Assembly (NCBI RefSeq): GCF_039654945.1
Contig: NW_027361703.1
Coordinates: 28,086,001-28,150,000 of the forward strand
Direction of reading: 5' to 3'
DNA length: 64,000 nucleotides
DNA from: Dendrobates tinctorius
Taxonomy: Eukaryota
Part shown: positions 1-13,729 of the stretch, one piece after another
Numbering within the stretch: the stretch's first letter is position 1
How the letters are laid out: each line of letters starts with the position of its first letter
Made by a program: the position numbers and the translations under genes
The notes under the pieces: model-generated
Seen by the model: only the letters and a program-made list of their open reading frames with translations
Database searches by the model: none
Told to the model about the DNA's origin: nothing

Positions 1-3000
1 GCATATGGACACAGCCAGGACACTCCATCCTGTTCCAGTTTATGGTGGAGACCTGCCCACCACACCTGATGAGAGCAGACCTACTGCAGGAACTGAAGGT
101 GACTGAAGTGTCCCATGAAGATGTGACCTTGATCTCTTCTCCACCCCAGACCCAAGAAGAATCAAAGAGTCAAGAGCCTCCCTCAAACAGCCGGTGCAAG
201 TCTACCCAAGGAGGTGCTGGACATAGCACCCGGAAGCCTATGGTCCAAGGGAGACTTCAAGTTGCGCCAGTGCGGGTGTCGCTCAAGTCTGGAACCCCGG
301 ACGCTCAGAAGGCCCAGCATCCGCTGCTCATCACCCAGAGCCAAACTGCCTCTGACCAACTGGAGGTCTAAGTGGAACTGCGGTTCAAGAAACGGCCTAA
401 GAACTTTGGCATGGGCCAGGAAAACTCTCAACCCAGAGGGACCACACCCTCTTCGTGAAATGGCTGCACTGCTTCCGGCTCCAGCGCCAGAGGATCATCT
501 TGGACAAGATTCTGAAGGTGCTCCCTGAAGTTAATCCAGGCCCTGGACCAGAAGACAGCCACTCAGCTCCTCAATCTGGTTAACAAATGCTGACCTGAGA
601 TCAAGCTGGGTGAAAGGAACTGCTGCTGGCTGGTAAAGAAGACGCCCCAGCAAAAAGACCCCCTGTGAGAGCAAGAAAGCTTATCTGGACGTCATCTCCG
701 ATGAAGAGGACCCCAGCAAACGGCTTGCTTTCCTGCCGACCCTGTGCCAGAAGATGGGAGTCACTCACGGCACTGTGAAGAGCAAGGCCAGATTGAGCCG
801 CCTCACCCACAGGAATCATCATGCGGTCCCAGCTTTTCTCGATCAAGAGGAAGACTGTGAAAGGAGAACCAGACTGGGTTGAATGGTGCATAACCTGAGG
901 GCTGTGAGCGAAGCAACCGTGTTTGAAACCCCAGTTGTGCCAGATCTGCACACTCTGCTGACAAACGTGCCAGCCACAGCAACGGTGCTCACCGCAATGG
1001 ATCTGCCCGAAGCACCCCTCAATGTTCCCCCTCACCTGGACAACCAGTTCCTGAAAATGCACAAGGGGGGTGCAGAACAAATGGACAGTGATGCCCAGGA
1101 GGGCCCAGAACAGCCTTTCATAGCTCGCCAGAGCATTGTCCTCCATCCCCGTCAACTGGGTTGTGGAGCATGCAGAAGTCATCAACATCGCTACCTGCAC
1201 AGCGCTTTCCATGTCTCCTCTACGCTGCCTGATGGAGCAGCAACGTAGGTCATGCAAAAACAGAGTCCAGTGGTGTCAAAAGTAAGTTCCTGAAGACACC
1301 GTATCGCCCACTGGACAAAACACTTGACAGATGACCGGAGGACCGCAGAGGAGAAGATGGCTCCCTCAACAACTCTGAAGATGCAGGCCTTCCTTGGTCT
1401 AGTTTCGTACTGCAGAACTTGGATCCCTGGTGCTCCAGGCTTAATGCAGCCCCTGTACAATTGTATCAACACATTGCAGCCTTCATCTCATACAGGAAAC
1501 TGAAAGACTTCATAGTCTCTGCGCCAGCTTTAGGCCTCCCTGACTACGAGAAGCCATCCCGTCCTGGCCGAACGAAAAAAGAAGGACAAAGATGGAGAAG
1601 GTCATGCTACTGGTGTCTTAAAACAGACCCACGGAGGAAAACCAGAGGCCTCTAGACTACTTCTCAGCCGGCCTGGATCCAGTTGCAAGGGGGAGCCCTC
1701 CTGCATGAAAACAATATCTGCAGCACACGCCCTCCTGACAAGGCTGCCCTCCACCTCTCTTCAGTGCTCTCAGCTGTTACCTGTCTCTACTCCCACTCCC
1801 AAGGGGGATGCGGATACGGACCCTCAGATGAAAAATCTGCAAGATACCGTAGATGGCTCCAGTTTTGCACATGATGAAGGAAGGTTTCACACGGGATGTG
1901 CACTGACCAGCAATCAAGACATCCTATGGTCAAGAAGTTTGTCAGCCCAAGAGCCCAAGAAGCGGAACTGATAAAGCTGACAAAAGGCCTGCCAGATTGC
2001 GAAGAACACAACTTCCAGGTACTCGCATGGCATAGCACATGACTTCGGACCCATCTGGGCTGCAAGAGACTTCATCACAGCAAGCGGATCGACCGTGAAG
2101 CATCATGGAGCCATCAGAGACCTACTGGACGCTCTTCAACTACTAAAAGTGGTGGCAGTGTTGAAGGTCAAGGCACACGGAAACCTGAACACAGTAGAGA
2201 CACAGGGGATCAACAGTAGACGTGGCAGTCAAAGAAGCAGCCAAAAGGAAGACAATATGGAAAATGGGAGAGGTCGTAGAGCCGAACGGCTACTACAAGA
2301 CGACTGAAGACGAGAAAACCTGACAAAATGACTTCCCGAAACCTGTATAAGAAGTAGCAGGATCAGACTCAGAAGGAGGAGAAGGAAAGCTGGATACTGA
2401 AGGGCAAAAGCACTGGGCTCCAAGAAACCGTCTACCTCAAACCGTCTACCTCAAAACGTCTACCTCAAGACAGACTCAGTCCACCTCAAAGTATGTACCC
2501 TATGGTGGTTCAATGGGTACATGGCCCCCCGCACAGAATTGAAGACACAGATGAATGACCTCATTAGACTGGACTCCCACCTTAACAGCCAAATTCCCAG
2601 CAGCTGTCTAGCCTCCGACAAAATGCAACATCGGACAAGCGGGAAAAGTTCCCCCGCATCATCTGACCTGAAGACTTCCCAGTAAGGAACCGGTTGGCGA
2701 AAACTACTGCAAAGAAGCTACTCTCAAAAATAGTGTGCAGATATGGGTGGTTCCAGAAGCGATAGCAAGTAATCAGGGACCCACATGCACATCAAACCTG
2801 ACACAAGAGACCTGATTAGCAGTAGGGTCAGACTTAGGCCGACACACTTCTCACCATCCCACACCATTGACTAAGTGGGACACTTAAGAGCAGCATGCTA
2901 AAAATTTGCCCAAGAGACAGACAAACCCTGGCATTAGACATTCCCATAGGCTCAGAAAAAGCTGTTACCAATATGAAACTTTATTTGGGTAAAAGACCCA

Positions 3001-3320
3001 GCTTAGGGGTATTCTTTACTTAGCAGTTGGCTATGCAAAATGATACTTTGTCTGCATGTGTAATTGAATTTATCAAGAATCTTGCTAATGTCCATTCTAG
3101 AGTTTTCTCCTTCATTACCAGGTCCAGATTCGATGCCTGATATGCACGCCCTGAAGTCAGGAGACTTCTGAGTGTTGGTGGAAAAAGTCCGTAAAGAGAA
3201 GCACTCAATCCCTGATCCGATGGCCCTTCTCCAAGTGCTGACGCCACCAACCTGGAGGAAAATCCCCCACCTGGATCCACGCATCACATTGCAGGAAAGC
3301 CCTCATACCAGAAGATACAC
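1..3320 (+). pseudogene. pol: Decayed endogenous retrovirus pro-pol (class I, gamma/epsilon-like), many frameshifts and stops
   Basis: Protease end TCPPHLMRADLLQ; RT RMVHNLRAVSEATVFETPVVPDLHTLL..AMDL; RNase H VDGSS and LLDALQLLKVVAVLKVKAH; integrase C-terminus PTWIHASHCRK near 3270-3300. Confidence 0.9.
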
Positions 3321-3602
3321 CTGAGCTGGAATGATGCTGTGGATGACCTACCTGACTCAATAAATTACCTACCTGATAGAGAATACACATGCACTGACTG
3401 CATAGACTGCTAACTAAGAGCCTTTGATCACATTGCACCAAACCCCCATTAGGGACAGACCTCTTGACCGCCCATTTGCGAAAAGTCTGTACAGAGGAGG
3501 ATGTATGCGCTAGGCATATGTCATTCCACTGGCAGCATAAAAGAGTTGCAGCGCTTTGGGCAAGGAGCAGGATTTTAGGGCAAGTGATATCTAAGGGGGG
3601 AT

Positions 3603-4221
3603 TGTTATGGAAATATATATGTATTTCATATAGATCTCACTTGCCTGCTATAGGCTATATGCTATATACTCATATATACTCCATATACTCATATACACTC
3701 TATATATTCATATATGTGCACTTAGAGATATAATCATAGCTGTCTTGAACTTTGTAACTAGTTACTGGAGATGACCTAACCCCATGAAGCCTGTCTGGAC
3801 AACCAACGTGATAGCATTGTCTTGTGTCTTGAGAAATATCTAGCAGACATAGGGAATAAGGAAGTAAGGCCAGATGTGCCAGCCGATATCAGAACATTGC
3901 TGACATTGTAAGACAAGGGACAGCAGTAAATCATCTGATATTTTGAGTCAACTCAGGTCGGACACCCATATTTGTTCATGTATTTAAACTGACCAATTAA
4001 ATAAGAAGTTCAGCCTTTATGTTAATGATTAACCACTCCTTTGTACGAACTGATAAAACCAAGTATATTCAATAAACTTCCAGAGTTTTGCTGGAATGGA
4101 TTGCAGCTAACCGGGTGTGGCGTCTTTCCTTCCTTGAGCGCTCAATAAGACTCTGTCTAATTAGGAAAGGCCACAGCACGCACAAGGGTATATCCACCTA
4201 ATCAAAAATCCATCTATGACA
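3603..4221 (+). mobile_element. 3' LTR of the ERV
   Basis: Polypurine tract aagggggga immediately upstream; TGTTATGGA...TCTATGACA termini; AATAAA at 4071; Gypsy RT resumes straight after. Confidence 0.8.
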
Positions 4222-5112
4222 CTAGCTCCCCACAAGAGGTATGCAGCGGCCTACCTGGGTGATATTGTGATCTTCAGCCAGAACTGGGGAAGAGATCTGA
4301 GCAAGGTTCAGGTGATATTTGATGTTCTATGGAAGGCAGGATTTTCCATAAACCTGAAGAAATGTACCTTGGGATTGGAGGAAATGAGATACTTGGGCTA
4401 TGTTGTAGACAGGGGCGAAATAAAGCACCAGATAAGTAAAGCTGAGGTGATTTAGGGCTGGCCACAACCCCTCTCAAAGAAGCAGGTCAGGGCGTTCCTG
4501 GGCATTGTGGGCTATTATCTCCGGTTTATGGAAAACTTTGCCATGGTAGCTGACTCTCTGACAGGCCTCCTTAAAGGTAAAAAGTCGGCTATAGCGAAGT
4601 GGTCTCCAGAAGCTGAGACAGCTTTCCAGGAACTGAAGCTAGCCCTGTGTAAACAGCCAGTGCTGGTAGCACCTGATTTCTCCAAGGAGTTTGTGGTCCA
4701 GGCGGATGCGTCGGATGTCGGGCTTGGCGCTGTCTTATCTCAAGAGGTGAATAGGGAAGAGCATCCCATAATGTATCTTAGCTGGAAGTTGTCATCCTGG
4801 AAGAAAAATTAGTCCATAGTGGAGAAATAATATTTAGCCATCAAGTGGGCATTGGACACTCTAAGATACTACCTCTTAGGCAGGAGGTTCAGACTAGTGT
4901 CAGACCATGTCCCACTGAAGTGGATGAGAGAGAAGAAAGAGAACAATGCCCGAGTGACCAGATGGTTACTAGCACTTCAGGATTTTAACTTCCGTGTGGA
5001 GCACAGGCCAGGGAAACTGCATGGCAATGCTGATTCTCTGTCAAGAGTCCATTGTTTGTTGGCAGAAAGTTCCAAGCCCCCCAGCTTTTGGGCAGAGGGG
5101 GAGGGTATGTAA
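4222..5112 (+). pseudogene. Gypsy (Gmr1-like) RT-RNase H C-terminal part
   Basis: YAAAYLGDIVIFS (YLDD variant), FVVQADASDVGLGAVLSQ, SDHVPLKW, EHRPGKLHGNADSLSR, then a stop with no integrase after RNase H. Confidence 0.88.
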
Positions 5113-5336
5113 GATGGCTGCCGGACGAGTCCATGAGGGAAGATATGTGTCATTGCAGATATTAGCTGCAGTGATGTGAGCTCGGAAGCATGCTGCAGTA
5201 CATATAGTGCTGAGAGAGTTATCAGGCCAGTCCAGGGTTGTGTTTTACGAGCAGCCTTAAGAGATGGGTGGAAATTACTAGGAGTCCGATACGGACCCCG
5301 AACTTTACTCTTCAGGTTCGCGCATCTCTAGTCACA
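5108..5336 (+). mobile_element. Probable 3' LTR of the Gmr1-like element
   Basis: PPT agagggggaggg followed by TGTAAG; candidate end GTCACA at 5336 (end uncertain). Confidence 0.55.
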
Positions 5337-6699
5337 ACCTTATGATGGTCAGTGTACTCTGATGCATGGTTAGGCCTGGAATCCTGGTCTAATGTAAAAT
5401 CACTGGTGATGCTGCATGTGAAAGAAAAAAATGCAAAGGACCAGAGAGTGGGCAGTGAGCAATAGGGGCAGCTGGATAGATGGCGGTGAGGAATTTTTAT
5501 TTTTTCAAACTTTTGCTTTTCCTCTAACATTTGTCCAATGCAAAGACCTAGTTTAATATGATACTGCTATAACCATAGGTGCACCCTCCATGAAACTCAA
5601 AATTTTATTTTACAAAATCCCAAGTGTGACTATGACCTTAGGAAAAGGGAGTGGCTGAGAGAACAAAATAAGTTTAAAATAATTTCATTTTATTAATAAT
5701 ATAGTAAAATACATATTTAAAATTCAAGAAAAGTGCAGGAAAGAAAATGAGGGACATGGGACTCAAAAATTAATAGTTGCTACATAGTAAAACAATTTGT
5801 GTCCAAAATTATAATATGCTTAATGGAAAAGCTCATTACTAGTGATGAGCGAGCACTAAAATGCTGGGGTGCTCGTTGCTTGGGTTGAGCAAATTGGAAT
5901 ACTCGGGTACTCGGACAGAACAACAAGCCCAATGTAAGTTTATGGGAGACTCGAGCATTTTTACCGCGATCCCTCCGGGGGGTCATTTTAATGTCTACAA
6001 ATGTCTGAAAATGATGGAAAATGATGGAAACACTGCTCAAATGACACGGGGACATTATGGGGATCACCCCGGGAAGCATTTCTGACTCCTAGTTCACAGC
6101 TTTAAATAATGTTGTCAGAGTTTCATGCCATTTTTATCGGTGCACCAAAAAACATACCAAAGCGAAACCAAAACTAAACCAAAACGGATTTTGCTGGAAA
6201 TATGTTAAGGTACATCCTTTCCAGGTTAATGACTTGTATATAAGGCAAAATAAATAACCTCAGACTAAAAAGTTCCTCCACCACTTGGGCTTTGTTCAGA
6301 CGCAGGGTTTTTGAAGAGTTTTTCAATTTTAACATTGCTTTCAACCAATACAAATGCATTCACTGGGAAATGTCATTGTAACATGTAACAACCCTAGCTG
6401 GCCATGTGGTGTGTGACACATAAGCAGACACATCTTGTTTCATTTATGAAGGAGGGAATCTTAAAGTCACAGAGCCTATTTTACCGGGGCGTTAGGCGGC
6501 ATTCATCTTCTTAAACACAGGATGGGCACAGGAAAATCCACTTCACATTATTTATTTTGTACTCCAATTCTGTTTTCTTATGCATTGACTGCAAGGCATG
6601 CCCTGCCACCAAGTCATATGCACCCCAATAACCCCAATGCCCCCTTGGAATAAACATGGAGGAGGGCATCTTAACCCAAAATGTCCCATTATAAAGGAG

Positions 6700-7225
6700 C
6701 GGGTCTCTTAGATTTGTAATGCCCATACACTAAGTGTATGGGCTGTCAATCATTTCCCCTGTGGGGTACATCTCAACCTTTTTCAGAACAAGTATTTTAC
6801 GCACAGCATAACCACCGACCCTTGTTAATAATACAACACTGGCTGTAGCTGCATGGAACACGCAAACCCTTTTGATCTAGTCGCGGTGGGTGATGAGACT
6901 TGGAGGAAGGCTTGATTATAAAATAGGCCCAACTTCTAGGAGGGGTTCTCATAGACTTGGAATGCCCATACACTAAGTGTGTTGGCTGTCAAACATTTTC
7001 CCCTGTGGGGTACACCTCAACCTTTTCCATAACAAGTATTTAACGCCCAGCAAAAACCCCCATCCTTGTTAGGATTTCGACACTGGCTGTAGCAGCATGG
7101 AACACAGTAACGCTGGTGATCTAGTGGCGGATGATGAGACGTGGAGGAAAGCCTGATTAAAAACTGTGCCCAATTTAAAGGAGCGGGTCTCCTAGACTTG
7201 GAATGCCCATACACTAAGTGTAGTC
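6700..7225 (+). repeat. ~240-bp tandem repeat (about 2.2 units) in the left subterminal region of the hAT element
   Basis: aatgcccatacactaagtgt recurs near 6718, 6961 and 7202. Confidence 0.8.
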
Positions 7226-8957
7226 TAGGAGTAGATATCAACATAGCGTGGCTTTTTTTTTGGGGGGGGGGCCATCATAAACACCTTGCAAAATTGTAAT
7301 GCGGTTTCATACACAGTTGTTGCTGGGAAGGTGCAGCTTTTTAGTAAAAATATGGCAGACGAATCATTGCATGAAGTGATCTGGAAAACGGTCATGGTGA
7401 TGACAGGGATGGAAAAGTACATGATTAATAACAGCAGTGGCTATGAGAGGTATGAGATCCAGGATACAGCCAACAATGAATCATCGTTTAGCCACCATTA
7501 ACCCCTTCCTGACATGAGACGTACTATCCCGTCCACGGTACCCGGGCCCGTATGACCGGGGACGGGATAGTACGTCTACCGCGATCAGCGGCGCCCACGT
7601 GGTGAGCGCCGCTGATCGCGGCCGGGTGTCAGCTGATTATCACAGCTGACACCCGGCACAATGTGTCAGGGGCGCCCCCGACACATTAACCCCTTGCACA
7701 CCGCGATCAAACGCGATCGCGGTGTCCAGGGAGTTAAAGGGAAGCATCGGCAGGGAGGGGGCTCCCTCCGTGCTTCCCTGAGCCCCCCACGGCAGCGCAA
7801 TGTGCAGCGCTGCTGCGGGGGGCTCCTATCCTCCAGGCCCCCGAATCCAAGATGGCGACGGGGGCCTTCGGGGGCCTGGGGAAGCTGGCTTCCTCAGTGC
7901 CTGCAAAGCGCAGGCATGAGGAAGCCTTGTGCACTGCCTGTGACAGATTGCTGATCTGTCACAGTGATCTGTGATGTGACAGATCAGCGATCTGTCACAG
8001 GACAGTGATGTCCCACCTGGGACTATGTAATAAAGTAAAAAAAAATTAAAAAAAAGTGTAAAAATAAATTTAAAAAAATCGCCAAATAAATTAGTAAAAA
8101 AAAAAAAATATTCCCCAATAAATTCATTTTTTGAAAATAATAAAAAAAAAAAACAATAAATGTACACATATTAGGTATCGCCGCGTCCGTAATGACCCGC
8201 CCTATAAAACTGTCCCATTAGTTAACCCCTTTAGCGAACCCCTTAAAAAATAAAAATAAAAAACGAAGCAAAAAATAATGATTTATTATCATACCGCCAA
8301 ACAAAAAGTGCAATAACGCGAGATCAAAAAGACGCATATAAATATCCATGGTACCGCTGAAAACGTCATCTTGTCCCGCAAAAAACAAGCCGCCACACAG
8401 CATCATCAGCGAAAAAATAAAAAAGTTATAACTCGCAGAATAAAGCGATGCAAAAATAATTATTTTTTATATAAAATAGTTTTCATTGCATAAAACCGAC
8501 AAAAACATAAAAAACGACCTAAATGAGGTATCGCTGTAACCGTACTGACCCGAAGAATAAAAGCGCTTTATCAATTTTACCGCACGCGGAACGGTGTAAA
8601 CGCACCCCCCCAAAAGAAATTCATGAAACTCTGGTTTTTGTTCATTCTGCGTCCCAAAAATCGGAATAAAAAGCGATCAAAAAATGTCACGTGCCCGAAA
8701 ATGGTACCAATAAAAACGTCAACTCGTCCCGCAAAAAATAAGACCTCACATGACTCGGTGGGTCAAAATACGGAAAAATTATAGCTCTCAATATGTGGTG
8801 ATGCAAAAACTATTTTTACAATAAAAAGCGTCTTTTAGCGTGCGACAGCCGCCAAACATAAAAACCGCCATAAATAGTAAATCAAACCCCCCGTTATCAC
8901 CCCTTTAGTTAGGGAAAAATAATAAAATAAAAAAAATGTATTTATTTCCATTTTTCC

Positions 8958-9183
8958 ATTAGGGTTAGGGCTAGGGTTAGGGCTAGGGGTGTGTTGNNNN
9001 NNNNNNNNNNNNNNNNNNNNNNNNNNNNNNNNNNNNNNNNNNNNNNNNNNNNNNNNNNNNNNNNNNNNNNNNNNNNNNNNNNNNNNNNNNNNNNNNNNNN
9101 NNNNNNNNNNNNNNNNNNNNNNNNNNNNNNNNNNNNNNNNNNNNNNNNNNNNNTGGGGTTCGGGTTGGAGTTAGAATTGGGGG
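8958..9183 (+). repeat. Degenerate TTAGGG-like repeat flanking an assembly gap (N 8997-9153)
   Basis: ttagggttagggctagggttagggctaggg before the gap; degenerate hexamers after it. Confidence 0.7.
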
Positions 9184-12100
9184 TTTCCACTGTTTGGGCA
9201 CATCAGGGGCTCTCCAAATGCAACATGGCGTCTGATCTCAATTCCAGCCAATTCTGAGTTGAAAAAGTCAAATGGTGCTCCTTCCCTTCCAAGCTCTGCT
9301 ATGCGCCCAAACAGTGTTTTACCCCCTCATGTAGGGTATCAGCCTACTCAGGACAAATTGCAAAACAATTTTTGGGGTCCAATTTCTCCTGTTACCCTTA
9401 GGAAAATAAAAAATTGGGGGCAAAAATATCATTTTTGTGGAAAAAAAATGATTTTTTTATTTTCACGTCCGAGTGTTATAAACTTCTGTGAAGCACTTGG
9501 GGGTTCAAAGTGCTCACCACACATCTAGATAAGTTCCGTGGGGGGTCTAGTGTCCAAAATGGGGTCACTTGTGGGGAGTTTCAATAGTTTAGGTACATCA
9601 GGGGCTCTCCAAACGCACATGACACCCGCAGACCATTCCATCAAAGTCTGCGTTCCAAAACGTCACTGCTTCCCTTCCGAGCCCCGACGTGTGTCCATAC
9701 AGTAGTTTTCTCCCACATATGGGGTGTCAGCGTACTCAGGACAAATTGGACAACAACTTTTGGGGTCCAATTTCTCCTGGTACCCTTGGGAAAATAAAAA
9801 AAATGGTGACTAAAAGATCATGTTTGTGGAAAAAATACGAATTTTTTATTTTCACGCCCGGGCGTTGTAAACTTCTGTGAAGCACTGGGGGGGTCAAAGT
9901 GCTCACCACACATCTAGATAAGTTCCTTGGGGGGTCTAGTTTTCAAAATGGTGTCATTTGTGGGGGGTTTCCACTGTTTAGGTACATTAGGGGCTCTCCA
10001 AAGGCAACATGACACCCGCAGACCATTCCATCAAAGTCTGCATTCCAAAACGTCACTACTTCCCTTCCGAGCCCTGACGTGTGCCCATACAGTAGTTTTC
10101 TCCCACATATGGGGTAGCAGCGTACTCAGGACAAATTGGAAAACAACTTTTGGGGTCCAATTTCTCCTGGTACCCTTGGGAAAATAAAAAAAATGGTGAC
10201 TAAAAGATCATGTTTGTGGAAAAAATACGAATTTTTTATTTTCACGCCCGGGCGTTGTAAACTTCTGTGAAGCACTGGGGGGGTCAAAGTGCTCACCACA
10301 CATCTAGATAAGTTCCTTGGGGGGTCTAGTTTTCAAAATGGTGTCATTTGTGGGGGGTTTCCACTGTTTAGGTACATTAGGGGCTCTCCAAAGGCAACAT
10401 GACACCCGCAGACCATTCCATCAAAGTCTGCATTCCAAAACGTCACTACTTCCCTTCCGAGCCCTGACGTGTGTCCATACAGTAGTTTTCTCCCACATAT
10501 GGGGTAGCAGCGTACTCAGGACAAATTGGAAAACAACTTTTGGGGTCCAATTTCTCCTGGTACCCTTGGGAAAATAAAAAAAATGGTGACTAAAAGATCA
10601 TGTTTGTGGAAAAAATACGAATTTTTTATTTTCACGCCCGGGCGTTGTAAACTTCTGTGAAGCACTGGGGGGGTCAAAGTGCTCACCACACATCTAGATA
10701 AGTTCCTTGGGGGGTCTAGTTTACAAAATGGTGTCATTTGTGGGGGGTTTCCACTGTTTAGGTACATTAGGGGCTCTCCAAAGGCAATATCACACCCGCA
10801 GACCGTTCCATCAAAGTCTGCATTCCAAAACGTCACTACTTCCCTTCCGAGCCCCGACGTGTGCCCATACAGTAGTTTTCTCCCACATATGGGGTATCAG
10901 CATACTCAGGACAAATTGGACAACAACTTTTGGGGTCCAATTTCTCCTGGTACCCTTGGGAAAATAAAAAAATGGTGACTAAAAGATCATGTTTGTGGAA
11001 AAAATACGAATTTTTTATTTTCACGCCCGGGCGTTGTAAACTTCTGTGAAGCACTGGGGGGGTCAAAGTGCTCACCACACATCTAGATAAGTTCCTTAGG
11101 GGGTCTAGTTTCCAAAATGGTGTCATTTGTGGGGGGTTCCACTGTTTTGGTACATCAGGAGTTTTCCAAACGCGACATGGTGTCCGATCTCAATTCCAGC
11201 CAAAAACGTCAAATGGCGCTGCTTCCCTTCCGAGCTCTGCCATGCCCCCAAATAGTGGTTTACCCCCACATGTGGGGTATCCGCGTACTCAGGACAAATT
11301 GCACAATAACTTTTAGGGTCCTGTTACCCTTGGAAAAATAAGAATTGAGGGTGAAAAGATCATTTTTGTGGAAAAATTATGATTTTTTAATTGTATGGCT
11401 TTATGTTATAAACTTCTGTGAAGCCCATGGGGGTTCAAAGTTCTCACCACACATCTAGATAAGTTCCTTAGGGTGTCTAGTTTCCAAAATAGTGTCATTT
11501 GTGGGGGGTTTCCACTGTTTTGGTACATCAGGGGTTTTCCAAACGCGACATGGTGTCCGATCTCAATTCCATCCAAAAACGTCAAATGGCGCTGCTTCCC
11601 TTCCGAGCTCTGCCATGCGCCCAAATAGTGGTTTACCCCCACATGTGGGGTATCAGCGTACTCAGGACAAATTGCACAATAACTTTTAGGGTCCTGTTAC
11701 CCTTGGAAAAATAAGAATTGAGGGTGAAAAGATCATTTTTGTTGAAAAAATATGATTTTTTAATTGTATGGCTTTATGTTATAAACTTCTGTGAAGCCCA
11801 TGGGGGTTCAAAGTTCTCACCACACATCTAGATAAGTTCCTTAGGGGGTCTAGTTTCCAAAATGGTGTCATTTGTGGGGGGTTTCCACTGTTTTGGTACA
11901 TCAGGGGTTTTCCAAACGCGACATGGTGTCCGATCTCAATTCCAGCCAAAAACGTCAAATGGCGCTGCTTCCCTTCCGAGCTCTGCCATGCGCCCAAATA
12001 GTGGTTTACCCCCACATGTGGGGTATCAGCGTACTCAGGACAAATTGCACAATAACTTTTAGGGTCCTGTTACCCTTGGGAAAATAAAAATTGGGGTGAA

Positions 12101-12500
12101 AAGATCATTTTTGTGGAAAAAATATGATTTTTTAATTGTACCGCTGTACGTTATAAACTTCTGTAAAGCCCTTGTGGGTTCAAAGTTCTCACCACATATC
12201 TAGATAAGTTCCTTGGGGGGTCTAGTTTCCAAAATGGGGTCACTTGTAGGGGGTTTCCACTGTTTAGGTACATCAGGGACTCTCCAAACGTGACATGGCG
12301 TCCAATCTGAATTCCAGCCAATTTTGCATTGAAAAAGTCAAACGGCGCTCCTTCCATTCTGAGCTCTGCCATGCGCCGAAACAGTCGTTCCCCCCCACAT
12401 ATCAGGTATCTGCGTACTCAGGACAAATTGCACAATAACTTTTGCAGTTCAATTTCTCCTGTTACCCTTGGTAAAATAAAAAAAATTGAACCTGAAGTAT
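9180..12500 (+). repeat. Tandem array of ~390-bp then ~373-bp units
   Basis: Near-identical spurious ORFs at 9927/10317/10707 (390 period) and 11499/11872 (373 period); cacacatctagataagttcc in every unit. Confidence 0.95.
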
Positions 12501-13729
12501 TTTTTTTATGAAAAAAAGTTAGATGTTCATTTTTTTTTAAATATTCAAAAAAATTCCTGTGACGCACCTAAAGGGTTAATAAACTTCTTGAATGTGGTTT
12601 TGAGCACCTTAAGGGGTGCAGTTTTTAGAATGGTGTCACTTTTGTGTATTTTCTATCATATAGACCCCTCAAAGTGGCTTCAAATGTGATGTGGTCCTAA
12701 AAATAAAATGGTGTTGTAAAAATGAGAAATCGCTGGTCAACTTTTAACCCTTATAACTTCCTAACAAAAAAAAATTTTGGTTCCAAAATTGTGCTGATGT
12801 AAAGTAAACATGTGGGAAATGTTAGTTATCAAGTTTTTTGTGTGCCTTATCTCTGTGATTTAAGGGCATAAAAATTCAAAGTTGGAAAATTGCGAAATTT
12901 TCAAAATTTTCGCCAAATTTCCGTTTTTCTCACAAATAAACGCAAGTTATTTGAATGAAATTTTACCACTAACATGAAGTACAATATGTCACGAGAAAAC
13001 AATGTCAGAATCACCGGGATCCATGGAAGCGTTCGAGAGTTATGACCTCATAAAGGTACAGTGGTCAGAATTGTAAAAATTGGCCCGGTCATGAACGTGC
13101 AAACCACCCTTGGGGGTGAAGGGGTTAATTACCATAATCGGTTTCACGCCTGTCATAAGATCGGTGTACCAGATGCGCGTGTGAGTTTCGTCCTAAGAAA
13201 TGCTCATCCAAAATATGTTGCTAAACACGCACGTGTCTGTATAAAGGGCAAAGTGCAACATGTTCGTGAGATGCTGAATTATACAAAGCAGATCAGTGTA
13301 GGAGGAAAAGCCAAATGAACTGATGGATACACGTAAAAAACTAAGTTTAATGAGGAGTGCACCATCCGTAACTATAAACACACTCGTGCAACAAGCTTCT
13401 TCATCTTCACCCATACATATTACCAAAAATATTCAAATGTCACAGTCTAAAAATAATTGTCTGAGTGTAACCAACACTGTTAATGGAATGCCACAAAGCG
13501 TAAATAACCACGACCCTTTTAAAAACCTGATTTCCTCTTTACAACATATGGACGATGTTTGTATTGATAAATACTTAGAAATTTACCACATCCACACCAA
13601 GAAGATGAAGATCACAGCTGTAAAATAAATTTCAAAACGCAGTGAATGTCGGGAAAATCATTTTCTCTAGGGCAAAGTTTACCTCTTACTAAAGTGGTAC
13701 CGAATGAGGCATACACAGCTCTCCGGTGT

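Larger units (their letters stand above)
7502..13124 (+). mobile_element. Non-autonomous piggyBac-type (TTAA) element with internal satellite
   Basis: TTAA|ccccttc ... gaagggg|TTAA (7498-7501, 13125-13128); no transposase. Confidence 0.85.

Noticed and set aside
601-1257. 218-aa minus-strand ORF
   Set aside because: Antisense to decayed ERV RT, with no motifs.
6880-7150. tgatgagac motifs in the 240-bp repeat as hammerheads
   Set aside because: They read GTGATGA and ATGATGA rather than CTGATGA, with no stem II-GAAA or stem I.
9180-12500. Repeated 86-aa ORFs as a gene family or CRISPR-like array
   Set aside because: Whole units repeat with no unique spacers; the ORFs are by-products of a satellite in a eukaryotic transposon.
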